From Octopus sinensis (taxonomy: Eukaryota): a stretch of 64,000 bases of DNA. A program made the translations under genes and the position numbers. Numbering within the stretch: position 1 is the stretch's first letter; the number at the start of each line of letters is the position of its first letter. The stretch lies in NCBI RefSeq assembly GCF_006345805.1, contig NC_042999.1:88908001-88972000 (forward strand), read 5' to 3'. Below the pieces are notes generated by a model that was not told the DNA's origin, searched no databases, and was given only the letters and a program-made list of their open reading frames with translations. Positions 11,700-24,688 of the stretch are shown here, piece by piece.

Positions 11700-11885
11700 A
11701 AACACATCACAAAAGCTGTTACTCAGAGTTTCACGTTCCCATTCACTGGAATGGAAATGTGACACTCTGAGTAACAGATTTTGTTATGTATTCGTAGCTT
11801 TGTTAATAAAGCATATTACTCTACCTCCGGTATTCGAGTACTATTTTCTCCACCTTGTTTTGTATTTATGTGCTTACTCTGGTAT
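11700..11885. repeat. short dispersed repeat with fold-back (11708-11785); related to 16575-16715
   Basis: ctgttactcagagtttcacgttcccattc pairs with gaatggaaatgtgacactctgagtaacag; 11790-11885 is reverse-similar to 16575-16660. Confidence 0.65.
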
Positions 11886-11888
11886 ATA

Positions 11889-11933
<45 letters not shown>

Positions 11934-11966
11934 TGTATGTATGCATGTATGTATATGTATGTATAG

Positions 11967-12001
<35 letters not shown>

Positions 12002-12417
12002 ATATATATATATTTGCATATATATATTTTGTGTTCCTTTTCATATGTTGTGCTATTGTAGTTGTGTTATTGTCATAGTTGTTATCATTGTTGTTGTTAA
12101 TTTTTGTTATTTTTGTTGTTGTTGTTTTCTTTGTCAGCAAATAAGAATCTAAATTAGTTATTAAAATCCTTAAAAGAAGTACATTAAGCTCTATTTATTG
12201 GGATAATTCGATGTTCTACTTGTTGCTCTTGTATTTGTTGTTATTTTGTTCTTGGTTATTACTTTGTATTTTTTTTTAATATATCGACTTGATTTCAAAC
12301 TGAATTGATGTGTTAAAGCATCATTGTTGTACTAAATCTACCTCTTCACAAGTCTTGACCTAGAATAACATTTTTTCAACACTTACACTTTGTTATTCAG
12401 TTAAATTTGTCTTTATT

Positions 12418-12421
12418 TATT

Positions 12422-12487
<66 letters not shown>

Positions 12488-12563
12488 TTTCCTTCTTTCT
12501 TCAAATTTTCTTCCGTTTCTTGCCGAGTGTTTTCTGTACTCATTATTATTATTATTATTATTA

Positions 12564-12602
<39 letters not shown>

Positions 12603-12660
12603 CATCATTATTAACAACAATGATAATGATAATAATATTAACAATAATAATAATTATATT
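12418..12660. repeat. (ATT)n/(TAA)n microsatellites
   Basis: Direct reading; gives the poly-I/L ORF. Confidence 0.9.
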
Positions 12661-14074
12661 TAGCTGTATTTTTAGTTTTTCTATTTAAATTTTTCTTCAG
12701 TGAATTGATGAATTTGGAATGAAAACTGTAAAAATAAGTATCAACAAAATTTATGTATATATAGGTATATATGAAACAAAAAAGAATCATTTTCTATTTA
12801 GCTTTCTTAGCTTTGCTTTAAAAATCTGGGCTTGTTGGAAATATGTCTGAAGTTAAGGATTTTAAGACGTTTACTTACACTTAAATGTTGCAAAAGATGA
12901 AAACCTGTTTCTAAGAAATTTTTATTCTTAATTTTCATTTTTTTTTTGTTGTTGTTGTTTTGGTTTCATTTTGTTTTGTTTTGTTATATAACTTTTAATT
13001 TTTTTTTTTGTGTGTTTTACTTTGTACAATATCTGAAGATTATTCTCTCAGTTCAAGAAATATGACTGTGGGCAATATATGATTGAATAGTAGCTGTGTG
13101 CACTAGAAATACTTCTGCTACCACGAAGATGCAGATCGTCAATTTAGAATTTTGATAGTCTTTGCAAAGCCCGAGGATTTACATTAAAATATTTTTTTCT
13201 TTTTTCTTCTTTTTTTTTTACCGAACGTTATTGTCGTTCTTTGAAAATCAGGGACTGATACCAGCAAGTTATATATCTAGACTATATTCCTTGCAGCATT
13301 TTGTCTCTTCATTCTTTCATATATAGCTTGTAACAATCATAATGAAACATTCTCCTACATTCCAGCTTAAATTTAATTTTTTTTTTCTTACAATATATCA
13401 TTGTAGAGTCCTTCACATAACTATGACAATATTGCCTTAAAACATACACATATACATATATATATATGTATACATATGTGTGTGTATATATGTATATATA
13501 TCATCATCATCATTTAATGTCCATTATGTATCTATATGTGTATGTGTTTATATATATGTGTGCATGTATGTATGTGGGCATATTTGTATGTGTATATTTG
13601 TATGTGTATACTTGTGTGTATTCTTTGGTCTTTGTTCTTTATTTATGAATTCCCTGTCATACATCAAAAAAATCTCAACATGCTTTATTCAATACACTTA
13701 CATCCATTAAGGTACCTCTTCTCAAAACTAACTGTTTCAAGAACAGCTTATTACTGCCCATTTTCTTGCTCTTTTTATTTTCATTTATCTTTCTTTTTTT
13801 ATATATATTTCATATTTATTCTTTATTCTCTTTCATGTTCTTTCTGTCTTTGCTGTCATTGTCATCCCTACCTCCACCTCCTCCTCTTCTCCCTTTTCTT
13901 TTTCTTTATATAATATACTGTACTATACACTAATATAATATATGCCTAATATATAAATATATGTGTATGTATATACATTTACATGTGCATATATAATATG
14001 TGCGTGTGTGTATGTATTTGCGTATATATATATACATATATATATTTATGTGTGTGTGTATGTATATATGTGTG

Positions 14075-14133
<59 letters not shown>

Positions 14134-14140
14134 TATATAT

Positions 14141-16020
14141 CATCATCATCATCATCATCATTTAGCGTCCGCTTTCCATGCTAGCATGGGTTGGACGGTT
14201 CAACTGGGGTCTGTGAAGCCAGAAGGCTGCATCAGGCCCAGTCTGATCTGGCAGTGTTTCTATGGCTGGATGCTCTTCTTAACGCCAACCACTCCGTGAG
14301 TGTAGTGGGTGCTTTTTACGTGCCACCTGCACAGGTGCCAGACGGAGCTGGCAAACAGCCACGGATGGATGGTGCTTTTTACATGCCACCGGCACGGGGG
14401 CCAGGCGAGGCTGGCAATGACCACGATCGGATAGTGCTTTTTACGTGCCACCGGCACGGGGGCCAGGTGAGGCTGGCAACGGCCACGAATGGATGGTGCT
14501 TTTTACGTGCCACCAGCACGGAGGCCAGTCGGGGTGGCGCTGGCAACGGCCACGATCGGATGATTCGCTTACTTGTCACCGGCACTGGTATCACAGCTGC
14601 AATTTCCATTGATGTTGATCGACTTCGATTTTGGTTCTGCTTTCTGATATCTGAGTTGATTTGGTTTGATTTTGATTTTCACTTGCCTCAACGGGTCTTC
14701 ACAAGTGGAGTTTTGTGTCCCAAGAAGGAAAGGTATGTATAAGTCGACTGGCTACATACCAAGTAGAGGCCACGGGTTATGGTCTCACTAGTCTTGCCAG
14801 GTCTTCTCACGCACAGCATACTTCCATAGGTCTCGGTCTCTAGTCATTTCCTTGGTGAGACCTAAAGTTCGAAGGTCGTGCTTCACCACCTCGTCCCAGG
14901 TTTTCCTGGGTCTACCTCTTCCACAGGTTCCCTCAACCGCTAGGGTGTGGCACTTTTGCACACAACTATCTTCAGTCATTCTCGTCACATGACCATACCA
15001 GCGCAATCGTCTCTCTTGCACACCACAACTGATGCTTCTTAGGTCCAACTTTTCTCTCAAGGTACTTACACTCTGTCAATTATGAACACTGACATTACAC
15101 ATCCATCGAAGCATACTGGCTTCATTTCTTGCGAGCTTACGCATATCCTCAGCAGTCACAGCCCATGTTTCACTACCATGTAGCATGGCTGTTCGTACAC
15201 ATGCATCATACAGTCTGCCTTTTACTCTGAGCGAGAGGCCTTTTGTCACCAGCAGGGGTAAGAGCTTTCTGAACTTTGCCCAGGCTATTCTTACTCTAGC
15301 AGTTACACTTTCAGCACACCCACCCCCGCTACTGACTTGGTCACCTAGGTAGCGGAAGCTATCAACTACTTCTAGTTTTTCTCCTGGAAACGTAGTAGAA
15401 GTTGGTCTCTGCACATTTTCAGTGTTTATTGCTCCTGAGCATCTGCCACAGACAAAAACTATTTTCTTAGTTAGCCTTCCTTTGACATTGCTGCACCTCT
15501 TATGTGTCCATAGCTTACACTTGGTGCACCTTATAGAGTTTCTACCTACACCTTTTTTACAGATCGAGCAGGGCCATCTACCTGAAGGCGTTTGTGATTG
15601 GTCTACCTTCCTATTTATTAGGACTTTGGTTTTGGCTAGGTTGATTCTAAGGCCCTTCGATTCTAATCCTTGCTTCCACACCTGAAACTTCTCCTCCAGT
15701 TCTGATAGTGACTCAGTAATTAGAGCAAGGTCATCAGCATAGAGGAGCTCCCAGGGGCATCCTGTCTTGAATTCCTTCGTTATTGCCTGGAGGACTATGA
15801 TAAATAGGAGGGGACTGAGGACTGAACCTTGGTGGACCCCAACCTCTACCCGGAATTTTTCACTGTACTCGTTGCCAACCCTCACCTTACTAGCAGCGTC
15901 TCTGTACATAGCTCGCACAGCTCTCACTAACCATTCATTTATCCCTAGTTTCCTCATTGACCACCAGATAAGGGATCGGGGGACCCTGTCGAAGGCTTTC
16001 TCCATGTCAATGAAAGCCAG
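14141..16020 (-). mobile_element. 5'-truncated RTE-clade LINE: RT with inserted PHD finger, C-terminus, modular 3' UTR, (ATG)n tail
   Basis: [52 protein letters not shown]; one frameshift near 15070, stop at 14788; TA repeats on both flanks. Confidence 0.95.
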
Positions 16021-16343
16021 ATATATATATATATACTTATGTATAACTATATATACTTATGTATATACTTATATATATATATACTTATGTATAACTATAT
16101 ATACATATACATATGTATATATGTGTGTGGGCATATACATATGTATGTATATGTATGTGTGTGTATATATGTGTATATGTATGTGTGTATGTATATATAT
16201 ATATATATATATATTTATACATACACATATATATATCTATATATACATACATATATATATGTACATAGAGAGATAGATCGATTGATAGATAGATAGATAG
16301 ATAGATAGATATGTGTGTGTGTATATATATATATATATTTATG

Positions 16344-16383
<40 letters not shown>

Positions 16384-16447
16384 CATACACATATATATAT
16401 CTATATATACATACATATATATATGTACATAGAGAGATAGATCGATT

Positions 16448-16479
<32 letters not shown>

Positions 16480-16520
16480 TGTGTGTGTGTATATATGTGT
16501 ATATGTATGTGTGTATGTAT

Positions 16521-16568
<48 letters not shown>

Positions 16569-17547
16569 TACTCACAAGTAAGCATATAGGTGCAAAACAA
16601 GGTGGTAAAGATAGTATTCGAATAACAAAGGTAGAGTAATATACTGTTTTATTACAGCTGAAAAAATCTTCAGAAATTGATTCTCAGAGTCATGGCTTCA
16701 GACAGTAGTGATAATACATATATACATACATGTTATTCTTATCTTTGTCAAATCAGTCCTTTGCTACTATGAATTCTGCCTGATGGTGTTCATTGTCCTC
16801 AGGCAAGTATCTTACCTGAAAATCCTATATAATTCTGAGTAGCAAGATACTGACTTGATTCAAATATAAACATTTGGAAGGCTTCAGCCAATGATATCAT
16901 CTGTGTACATTGAACATTTGGACTTCCTACATGTGTTCAATGACTTGGAGATTTTCCAACCATTTCGAGCGAAACCTTCCTCACTGAACATTTCCAGCAT
17001 GTTGGCAATCCCACTGCCTGCTCATGTAGAGGAAGAAGAAGCAGACATAAAGGTATAAATATATTCTGTTCACAGCTTAGGCTTACTGTGTGCCAGCAAA
17101 GTTGGTAACAAAATGGTAAATTTCCTTGTAGACTGAACAAATCATCATGATAAAACAGAAGACAGTGGTCTGCAATCTGTTAAGCAGGAGTCATTGTAGC
17201 AATGGTTATAGGAAGTCAGCTTAGGCAGATGTCATTAGAATGACAGTAACCACATGAGGTCTGTGGCCTTAGGCAGAAGAGAGATCCATGCTCCTTGGTT
17301 GAGAAATAGTGAGAGAGGAAGAGAGTGCAAAATGCTGGAATATATAGTGTTGATGCCATGCCACCTAGTGGCCTTTTCCATCAAATGGACTAATTCAGCT
17401 ATTTTCACTATGCTACATACCTAATTCATGCATAAGGCTTTGGTCAGCCTGAGGCTATAGTAGGAGATGCCCAAAAGCACCACATAGTAGAACTGAACCC
17501 AAAGCCATATATAGACATGACCATAACCACATGGTCATGTCTAATCT

Positions 17548-17960
17548 CCTGACACTACTTTCCTTTTCTCTCCCATTCTCCACTTCTGCCTTATTTTACC
17601 TTCATACACCATCTTATTCACTCATGCATAACATGTAGCAGCATTGCATCTTCTCCTACTCAACCATCCCCATCGTCCTATCACTCTAATTCTCTCTCCC
17701 TTTTTTTCTCTCACTAATCCCCTGACACTACTTTCCTTTTCTCTCCCATTCTCCACTTCTGCCTTATTTTACCTTCATACACCATCTTACTTGTGCATAA
17801 CATGTGGTAGCATTGCATCTTCTCCCACTCAACCATCCCCATCATCCTATTGCTCTAACTCACTCTCTCTTTCTCTCTCTCTCAATAATCCTCTGACACT
17901 ACTTTTCACTTTCACTCCTATAACATCTTCCCTAACATTGTCTCTGAAAAGTTCTTCACT
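17548..17960. repeat. local tandem repeat, ~172-bp unit, ~2.3 copies
   Basis: ctgacactactttcc at ~17549, ~17722 and ~17893. Confidence 0.85.
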
Positions 17961-18123
17961 TTGGGTAAAAGAAAATACAGGTGCACACACTTATTGCAGC
18001 AGTGCTTCAGTTTTTCTAAGTCCTATAAAAGAACTTGGAAGTTTGGATCTGCAACCAGGCTTTTCAAGATAATCTTAAAGTCAGTAACTGTTCAGCACCC
18101 TCTCATGTGTATATATATATATA

Positions 18124-19226
18124 TCATCATCATCATCATCATCGTTTAACGTCTGTTCTCCATGCTAGCATGGGTTGGACGGTTCAACCGGGGATCTGGG
18201 AAGCCAGAAGGCTGCACCAGGCTCCAGTCTTATCTGGCAATGTTTCTACAGCTGGATGCCCTTCCTAATGCCAACCACTCTGTGAATATAGTGGGTGCTT
18301 TTTACATTGCTGGCATTGGCCACATTCAGATGTGTAGTGGGTGCTTTTTACGTGCCACCTGCACTGGTGCCAGGCGAGGCTGGCATCGGCCACGGTCGGA
18401 TTGGTGCATTTTACGTGCGACCGGCACGGAAGCCAGTCGAGGCGGCACTGGCTTCAGCCACGATTCGGATGGTGCTTTTTACGTGCCACCGACACGGAAG
18501 CCAGTCGAAGCGGCGCTGGCATCGGCCACGGTTCGGATAGTGCTTTTTACGTATCTCCAGTACAGGGGTCCTGGCATCTGCCGGGTGCCAGTCATAGGAT
18601 TGGTACAATTTCGATTCCGATTTCACTTGCCCCAACAGGTCTTCGCAAGCAAAGGTGGCATAGGTGCCTGTCGTCGGATGAGGTTCGATAACGACTTCGC
18701 TTGCCTCAACAGGTCTTTGTGTGTCCAAGGGAGGAAAGGCATGCATAAGTGGGCTGGACTCACTTATCCTGCTTGGTCTTTTCACGCACAGCATATTTCC
18801 AAAGGTCTCGGTCGCTGGTCATTTCCTCAGTGAGACCTAAAGTTCAAAGGTCGTGCTTCACCACCTCGTCCCAAGTTTTCCTGGCTCTACCTCTTCCACG
18901 GGTTCCCTCCACTGCTAGGAATTGGCACTTTTTCACACACCTATCTTCATCCATTCTCGCCACATGACCATACCAGTGCAATCGTCTCTCTTGCACACCA
19001 CAACTGATGCTCCTTAGGTCCAACATTTCTCTCAGGGTACTAACGCTCTGTCGAGCATGCACACTGACATTACACATCCATCGGAGCATACTGGCTTCAT
19101 TTCTCGCGAGCTTACGCATGTCCTCAGCAGTCACGGCCCATGTTTCACTGCCATGTAGCATGGCTGTTCGTACACATGCATCATACAGTCTGCTTTTTAC
19201 TCTGAGTGAGAGGCCTTTAGTCACCA
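18124..19226 (-). mobile_element. 5'-truncated copy of the same RTE family
   Basis: LVTKGLSLRVKSRLYDACVRTAMLHGSETW...GRGRARKTWDEVVKHDL, five UTR module anchors, (ATG)n tail, TA flanks. Confidence 0.93.
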
Positions 19227-19264
19227 ATATATATATATATATTTATATATATGTACAAAAGGCT

Positions 19265-19585
19265 TGACCCCAGGACTTATTCTGTAGGAACCTAGTACTT
19301 AATCTACTAGTCTCATTTGCCAAACAACTTATTTAGAGGAATGTAAACAAACCAACATCGGTTGTCAAGCAACGGTGGGGAGACAAACACAGACACACAA
19401 GTACATACATATATATATATATATACAATGGGCTTCTTTCAGTTTCTGTCTACCAAATCCATTCACAAGACTTTGGTTGGCCCAAGACTGTAGTAGAAGA
19501 CACTTCCCCAAGGTGTCACACAGTGGGACTGAACCCGGAACCATGTGGCTGGGAAGCAAGCTTCTTACCACACACCCATGCCTGA
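19265..19585 (-). mobile_element. SINE family A
   Basis: Both halves and the internal TA tract in reverse orientation. Confidence 0.85.
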
Positions 19586-19704
19586 GCCTACTTAATTCAT
19601 CCCCAAGAGGATGAAAGGTAAAGTCAACCTCATCAAAAAATTTGAAGTAAGAACGTTAAATTAATCTAATGGTTTCTTTTACACATTTATAGAGTACAAA
19701 TTCT

Positions 19705-19801
19705 TATACAAGAATGTTGTTAAGGTTGACTTTGAAGTTTTGGCCAACAATGGCTTAGCTGCCCGAAACTTTGAAGTCACTGTCAACAACATTCTTGTAT
19801 A
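19705..19801. repeat. fold-back related to 445-516
   Basis: tatacaagaatgttgtt / aacaacattcttgtata perfect 17-bp pair plus tgactttgaagtttt core. Confidence 0.7.
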
Positions 19802-20751
19802 TGAATATAAATTTTTAATATATACATATATGTGCATGTGCATTTGTATGTGTGCATGTATTATATATATATATATATAAATAAGCATGCATGTATGTAT
19901 TATGTACATATGTATTATAAATAATATAATATATTACAAATGTGAGGTATCAAATATCTATCCCCCAAACAATCAAATTTCAATATAAAAGTAAATGAAA
20001 AACAAATAAAAAAGGAGGAAACAGGTAAATATTTACTTTGATTTTAAAGATATTAATCATTGTCAGCTGATGTTTCTCTGTAAGTGGCTAACACTAACGT
20101 ACATTGCACTTGTAAATTGTTAGATTTAAAAACTGCCTTTTTTTTCTCCTCCTCATCCATTATAAAATAGGAAAAACTCTCTTTCTTTGATGCAGTTACT
20201 TAGGTATATTAAATTGAAGAAAAAAAAGTCACAAAATATATGCCTCAACAGCCACCGGATGAAATGGTTGAAAACTAGAATAATATTTGACTAAAGTTAT
20301 TTTCCATAATTGAAAATGTTACAACAGAAATGTTCCACATATAATGTATGTATGTGCATGCATTTATTTACATACCTACACATACACACACACATAAACG
20401 TATGTATGCATATATACATATATATTTATTATATATATATATTTGTACATATGTGTGTGCGTATGCATATATGTAAATGCACATATATATATAAATATAT
20501 ATATATATACACACATATGCATATATATATATGTATGTATCTATATCTGTCTATCTATCAATATATTTATATATCATCATCATCATTTATGCACAAACAC
20601 ATTCACACATATATCCATATCTATTTATCTATCCATTTGTATATACATATATAATATATGTATAAATAACACTTTAACTCTTTGACTTGTTTCAGCTTTA
20701 AAGCTGGCAGTCATGCTGAGGTACCACCATGATATATATATATTATACATA

Positions 20752-20824
<73 letters not shown>

Positions 20825-20989
20825 GTTGAAATTTATAGGAAAACAAAAGACGAAGACAGGTGTATGAACAACAAGCAGGTTTATTAGTTTGATGCTCAGG
20901 AAAATGGAAAAGTCTTTTACATTTCAAGCCTATGCTCTTCAAAAGTTTGGAAGAAGTGTTTGAAAGAAAAACTGTGAATAGAATCTGAG

Positions 20990-21310
20990 GATGAGGTAGA
21001 CTCAGGAAGACATAGAACGTGGTGGTGAAGCATGACCTTTTGACGTTGAATCTCACAGGGTGATGACAAATGATCAAGACCTTTGGCAACTTGCTGTGCT
21101 TGAGAAGACACCAAGTCAAGTGAAATCGCAGTCATGGTCAGTACTGGTGACACATAAAATGTATCCACTACTCTCTTTGATTGGTTGGCATTAGGAAGGG
21201 CATCCAGTCATAAAAACCAAGCCAAGAGTGGAGCCTGGTACAGCTCTCTGGTTTACCAGTCCCAATCAAACCCACTAACCCATGCCAGTATGGAAAACAG
21301 ACACAAAAAG
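20990..21310 (+). mobile_element. older RTE 3' end with short UTR (single module anchor)
   Basis: gtggtgaagcatgacctt...gacctttggcaacttgctgtgcttgagaagac joined to ttggcattaggaagggcatcc. Confidence 0.7.
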
Positions 21311-21456
21311 ACCCAAAGGTGTCAGGTAATACTGAGTAAGTACTACGGATAGACCATAGTCTAGCTGCAGGTTCGGTGATTATGTGAATAAGGAGCCCAA
21401 TGTAGGCCGTTTATCAGCATGTGTATATATAACAATTTTTTATATAAAAAAAATTT

Positions 21457-21494
<38 letters not shown>

Positions 21495-21498
21495 ACGT

Positions 21499-21730
21499 AT
21501 GGAAAATATTAACCCTATTTTACTAAATAAGGCACTCATCTTCACCAAGACTAGAACCAAATTATCTATGAAAGAAATTAAAATTATACTTGAAGCTAGA
21601 AAGATGGTAATATTTCATGAAGGGAAATATTGGACCAGGAAAGACACACCAGACTGCTATGATGTATGTACCCATGAGCAGAAGTAACTGGGATATACCT
21701 GCTGCACGAATTTAAAGATGAATTCCCTGA
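21499..21730 (+). pseudogene. Penelope-like RT fragment
   Basis: KIILEARKMVIFHEGKYWTRKDTPDCYDV /fs/ AEVTGIYLL resembles the PLE RT segment ARKSLLF..WVKK..FDVTMGSYDGAEVCELVG.YLL. Confidence 0.65.
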
Positions 21731-21769
21731 AAAAATAATTCTTGAAAATTTAATTCACTGGTGGCTGTA

Positions 21770-21900
21770 GTTGATTTCGGCGCAAAACGAATCAGTTGCA
21801 GCGCAGACATTAGTATGATTGGTTGGGGTTTCTATCATTGTAATGCATGCTGAAGAAACTAAGGCGATTTTTTTGCATGTGCAGAAACCGGTCTATGTGA
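21770..21900 (+). promoter_or_regulatory. possible promoter or first exon
   Basis: Local CpG cluster, ATTGG (reverse CCAAT) and GTGAGT donor at ~21897; no expression evidence. Confidence 0.2.
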
Positions 21901-22525
21901 GTCTATATACTTCAATGTGCATTTTATTAATCTGATCTGTTTTAGGTTGATTTCTGTAGTTATCATCAGTGTATTTTGATGATTTAAATAAGAGTTTTGA
22001 CTGTTATTTCCAGTGGGTAGACATATTTATTATGTCCTTTGATTAATCTATATACATATATATACATACATATATATATATCAACATATATATATACACA
22101 CACACATATATATGGATGTATGTATTTATGTATGTATGTGTGTGTGTGTAACCTTTGAATATATTTTGATTTTGAAGGTATGAATTAATTCAACTGCAAT
22201 GACCTTCTTTAGTGTTTATAGAGTAAGTAAAAAGTCTACTGTTTTTGTTGCTTTCCCAAAGGGGAGCTTCAATCAGAATTTTCAACCTTTATATATCAGT
22301 ATTAAATAATCACTTTTAGAGTGATATACTAAATATAAATTACAGACTGATGAGTATCATATATATATCAGCCAAAATTGCGAGGATGATCCGGTTCTTG
22401 ACTGAAGATAAAAGGCTTCGAATAACCCGTCCTTGTTTTTTTGTATCGTCTATCTGGATGTTTTGTTGTCCCTTTTTGTATCACCTAGTTGTCCAGATGT
22501 TTTGCATTCTTACCCCATTTTGAAT

Positions 22526-22572
<47 letters not shown>

Positions 22573-23469
22573 ATTCATAACACATAGTGTACCTGAATAT
22601 GTATATGGGAATGTGTGCATGTATATGTGGATATATATACATATACATATATATGCATACATGTATTTATAGATAGATGGATTACATCATCATCTTCATC
22701 ATCAGTTAACAGTCATATTACCCATAATGGCCACCAAGTGACAATTAAATTTTTTGACAAAAGACTGAGATATCTGGTGCCTTGCTGAACTCAAGAAGAC
22801 CTGTCTGCCACTGCAGATTTGATACTGGTGCTGGTGCTACATTAAAAGCACTGGTGCTGGCGCCACATAAAAAGCTCTGGTCAAACCATCCAACCCATGC
22901 CAGTATGGAAAACAGACGTTGAATGATGATGATGATGATTTTGATGATGATTTCATGCTGACATAGGTAGGATGTTTTGACAGGATCCAATGGATCTAAC
23001 AACCACATTGTGCTCTAATATCTGCTTTGATATGGTTTCTATAGCTGGTTGCCTTTCATAAAGTCAACTACTCTACAACATGAATTGGATGCTTTTACCA
23101 CACTACCAGCACTACTGAGGGAGAGGCAGGGGCAGCTTTATTCAAGTGGATGATATGTGTTTGGGTATGAGAGGAGGAGGAGGAGTGACAAGATAGTCAT
23201 CATACAGGCAACTGACAGAGGGGTACAAAAGTGACAGAGATGATAAGGTGGTGTTAGGCTGCAGGAGTAAAGTGGGGAGGTAGGCATGGTTCATGATGTG
23301 AGGTAATTTGGTTCGTGGGTGAGAGTGTGTATATAGATATATCATTATCATCATCATCTTCATTTAAAATCCATTTTCATTCCTAGCATGAGTTGGACGG
23401 GTTGACAGAAGGTGGCAAGCTGAAGAATTGCCTGGGCTCCACATCTGTTTTGATATGGCCTCTACATCT

Positions 23470-23900
23470 GATTTCGTGTCATGGCTTCATGTCTGATTGT
23501 ATGATGATAACATTGTCCACATATGCAAACATGCATCTTGCACATCTTAGTTCACGAGCAGAGACAACCTTGATGGATCAGGTAGGTACATAATACCAAA
23601 TGGTTCCAATAGGTGACTATTCATCCTAAGTACTGAGCAGATGTTGCTGTGTATTGGTTCCTTGAAAATGGGCCAAATCATGAGATCCAGACTTTTCCAA
23701 AACAACAACACTCTATCTGCCAATGCCAGTCACCTTGGAGATAAGTAGCTCTTGTATCCACTGAAAATGGGCATGAAGGCTCATGGCTTAGAAACTTTGA
23801 TCTCACTGACAACCACCACATCTATATTTAGTGACCAGAGGTGCTGCTTCCAAGATGACCTCAGATATTTGCACTCCTATTCTGTATAAGGCCATGTTCA
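23470..23900 (-). pseudogene. internally deleted Tx1/L1-like LINE relic
   Basis: Minus strand has decayed endonuclease-like sequence followed by SIHQGCL and AYVDNVII (QG and YADD motifs). Confidence 0.45.
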
Positions 23901-23989
23901 ACAAAAAGAAGAAAAATGTGAATGAGAAAAAAGCTTACTTACAATAATTCTGTAATGAGAGGATGTTCTTCTAGTTACTTGATAATATT

Positions 23990-24175
23990 TACTCTTATCG
24001 GTGAAATGCTTAGTGGTATTTCATATGTCTATGTTCTGAGTTCAAATTCCGCTGAGGTTGACTTTGCCTTTCATTCTTTTGAGGTTAATAAATTAAGTAC
24101 CAGTTGTGTACTGGGTTCAATCTAATCGACTGGTCCTCTCCCCCAAAATTTCAGGCCTTGTGCCCAGAGTAAAAA
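23990..24175 (+). mobile_element. SINE family B
   Basis: gttctgagttcaaattccgctgaggttgactttgcctttcattc...taagtaccagtt...ggccttgtgccc. Confidence 0.8.
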
Positions 24176-24178
24176 ATA

Positions 24179-24688
24179 TTAGGTTGAGGAAAAAGTTCAT
24201 GCACTATGTTGAAATAATTCTTTTTTTATATATTTTTATGGTGTGTGTGTTCATTCGGTTCATGTCATGTTCAATGGTGACTCATTGTGTTCATCAAAAA
24301 TGCACTTTGTTTCAACAAGACGATGTAAAGCCACATACCACCAGAAAGACCAGCAACAAGATTGAAGAATTGGATGGTGTGGAAGTTCTGCCACATCCAG
24401 CCTATAGTCCAGACATTGCTCCATCTGACGATGGTCTCTTCCGATCAATGCAGCACTTTATGAAAGGTCACTAATTTGAGTCATTCAATACAGTTGAAGA
24501 AGCCTGTCAACAATTTTTCGATTCAAAGCCGAAGGATTCATATTTTGACCAAATCTGAAAGTTTGCAGATCATTGGCAGGTCATGGAAAATTATCTTTAT
24601 TTTTAAGAATAGTTGTTGTTTTTGAATAAATTCTTCCATAAAAAACATCATCATTTTAACATGGCGCCCAAACTTTTCCTCAACCTAG
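24179..24688 (+). mobile_element. internally deleted mariner (DD34D) with both TIRs and TA TSD
   Basis: TIRs ttaggttgaggaaaaagtt / aacttttcctcaacctag, TA on both sides; FQQDDVKPH..EVLPHPAYSPDIAPSD.GLFRSMQHF. Confidence 0.9.

Noticed and set aside
14309-14565. CRISPR-like repeat-spacer array
   Set aside because: Eukaryotic context; the intervening segments are homologous to each other (tandem modules) and lie in a LINE 3' UTR.
16225-16490. Duplicated microsatellite block (TA..GATA) twice
   Set aside because: Consistent with slippage or a local assembly artefact in simple repeats.
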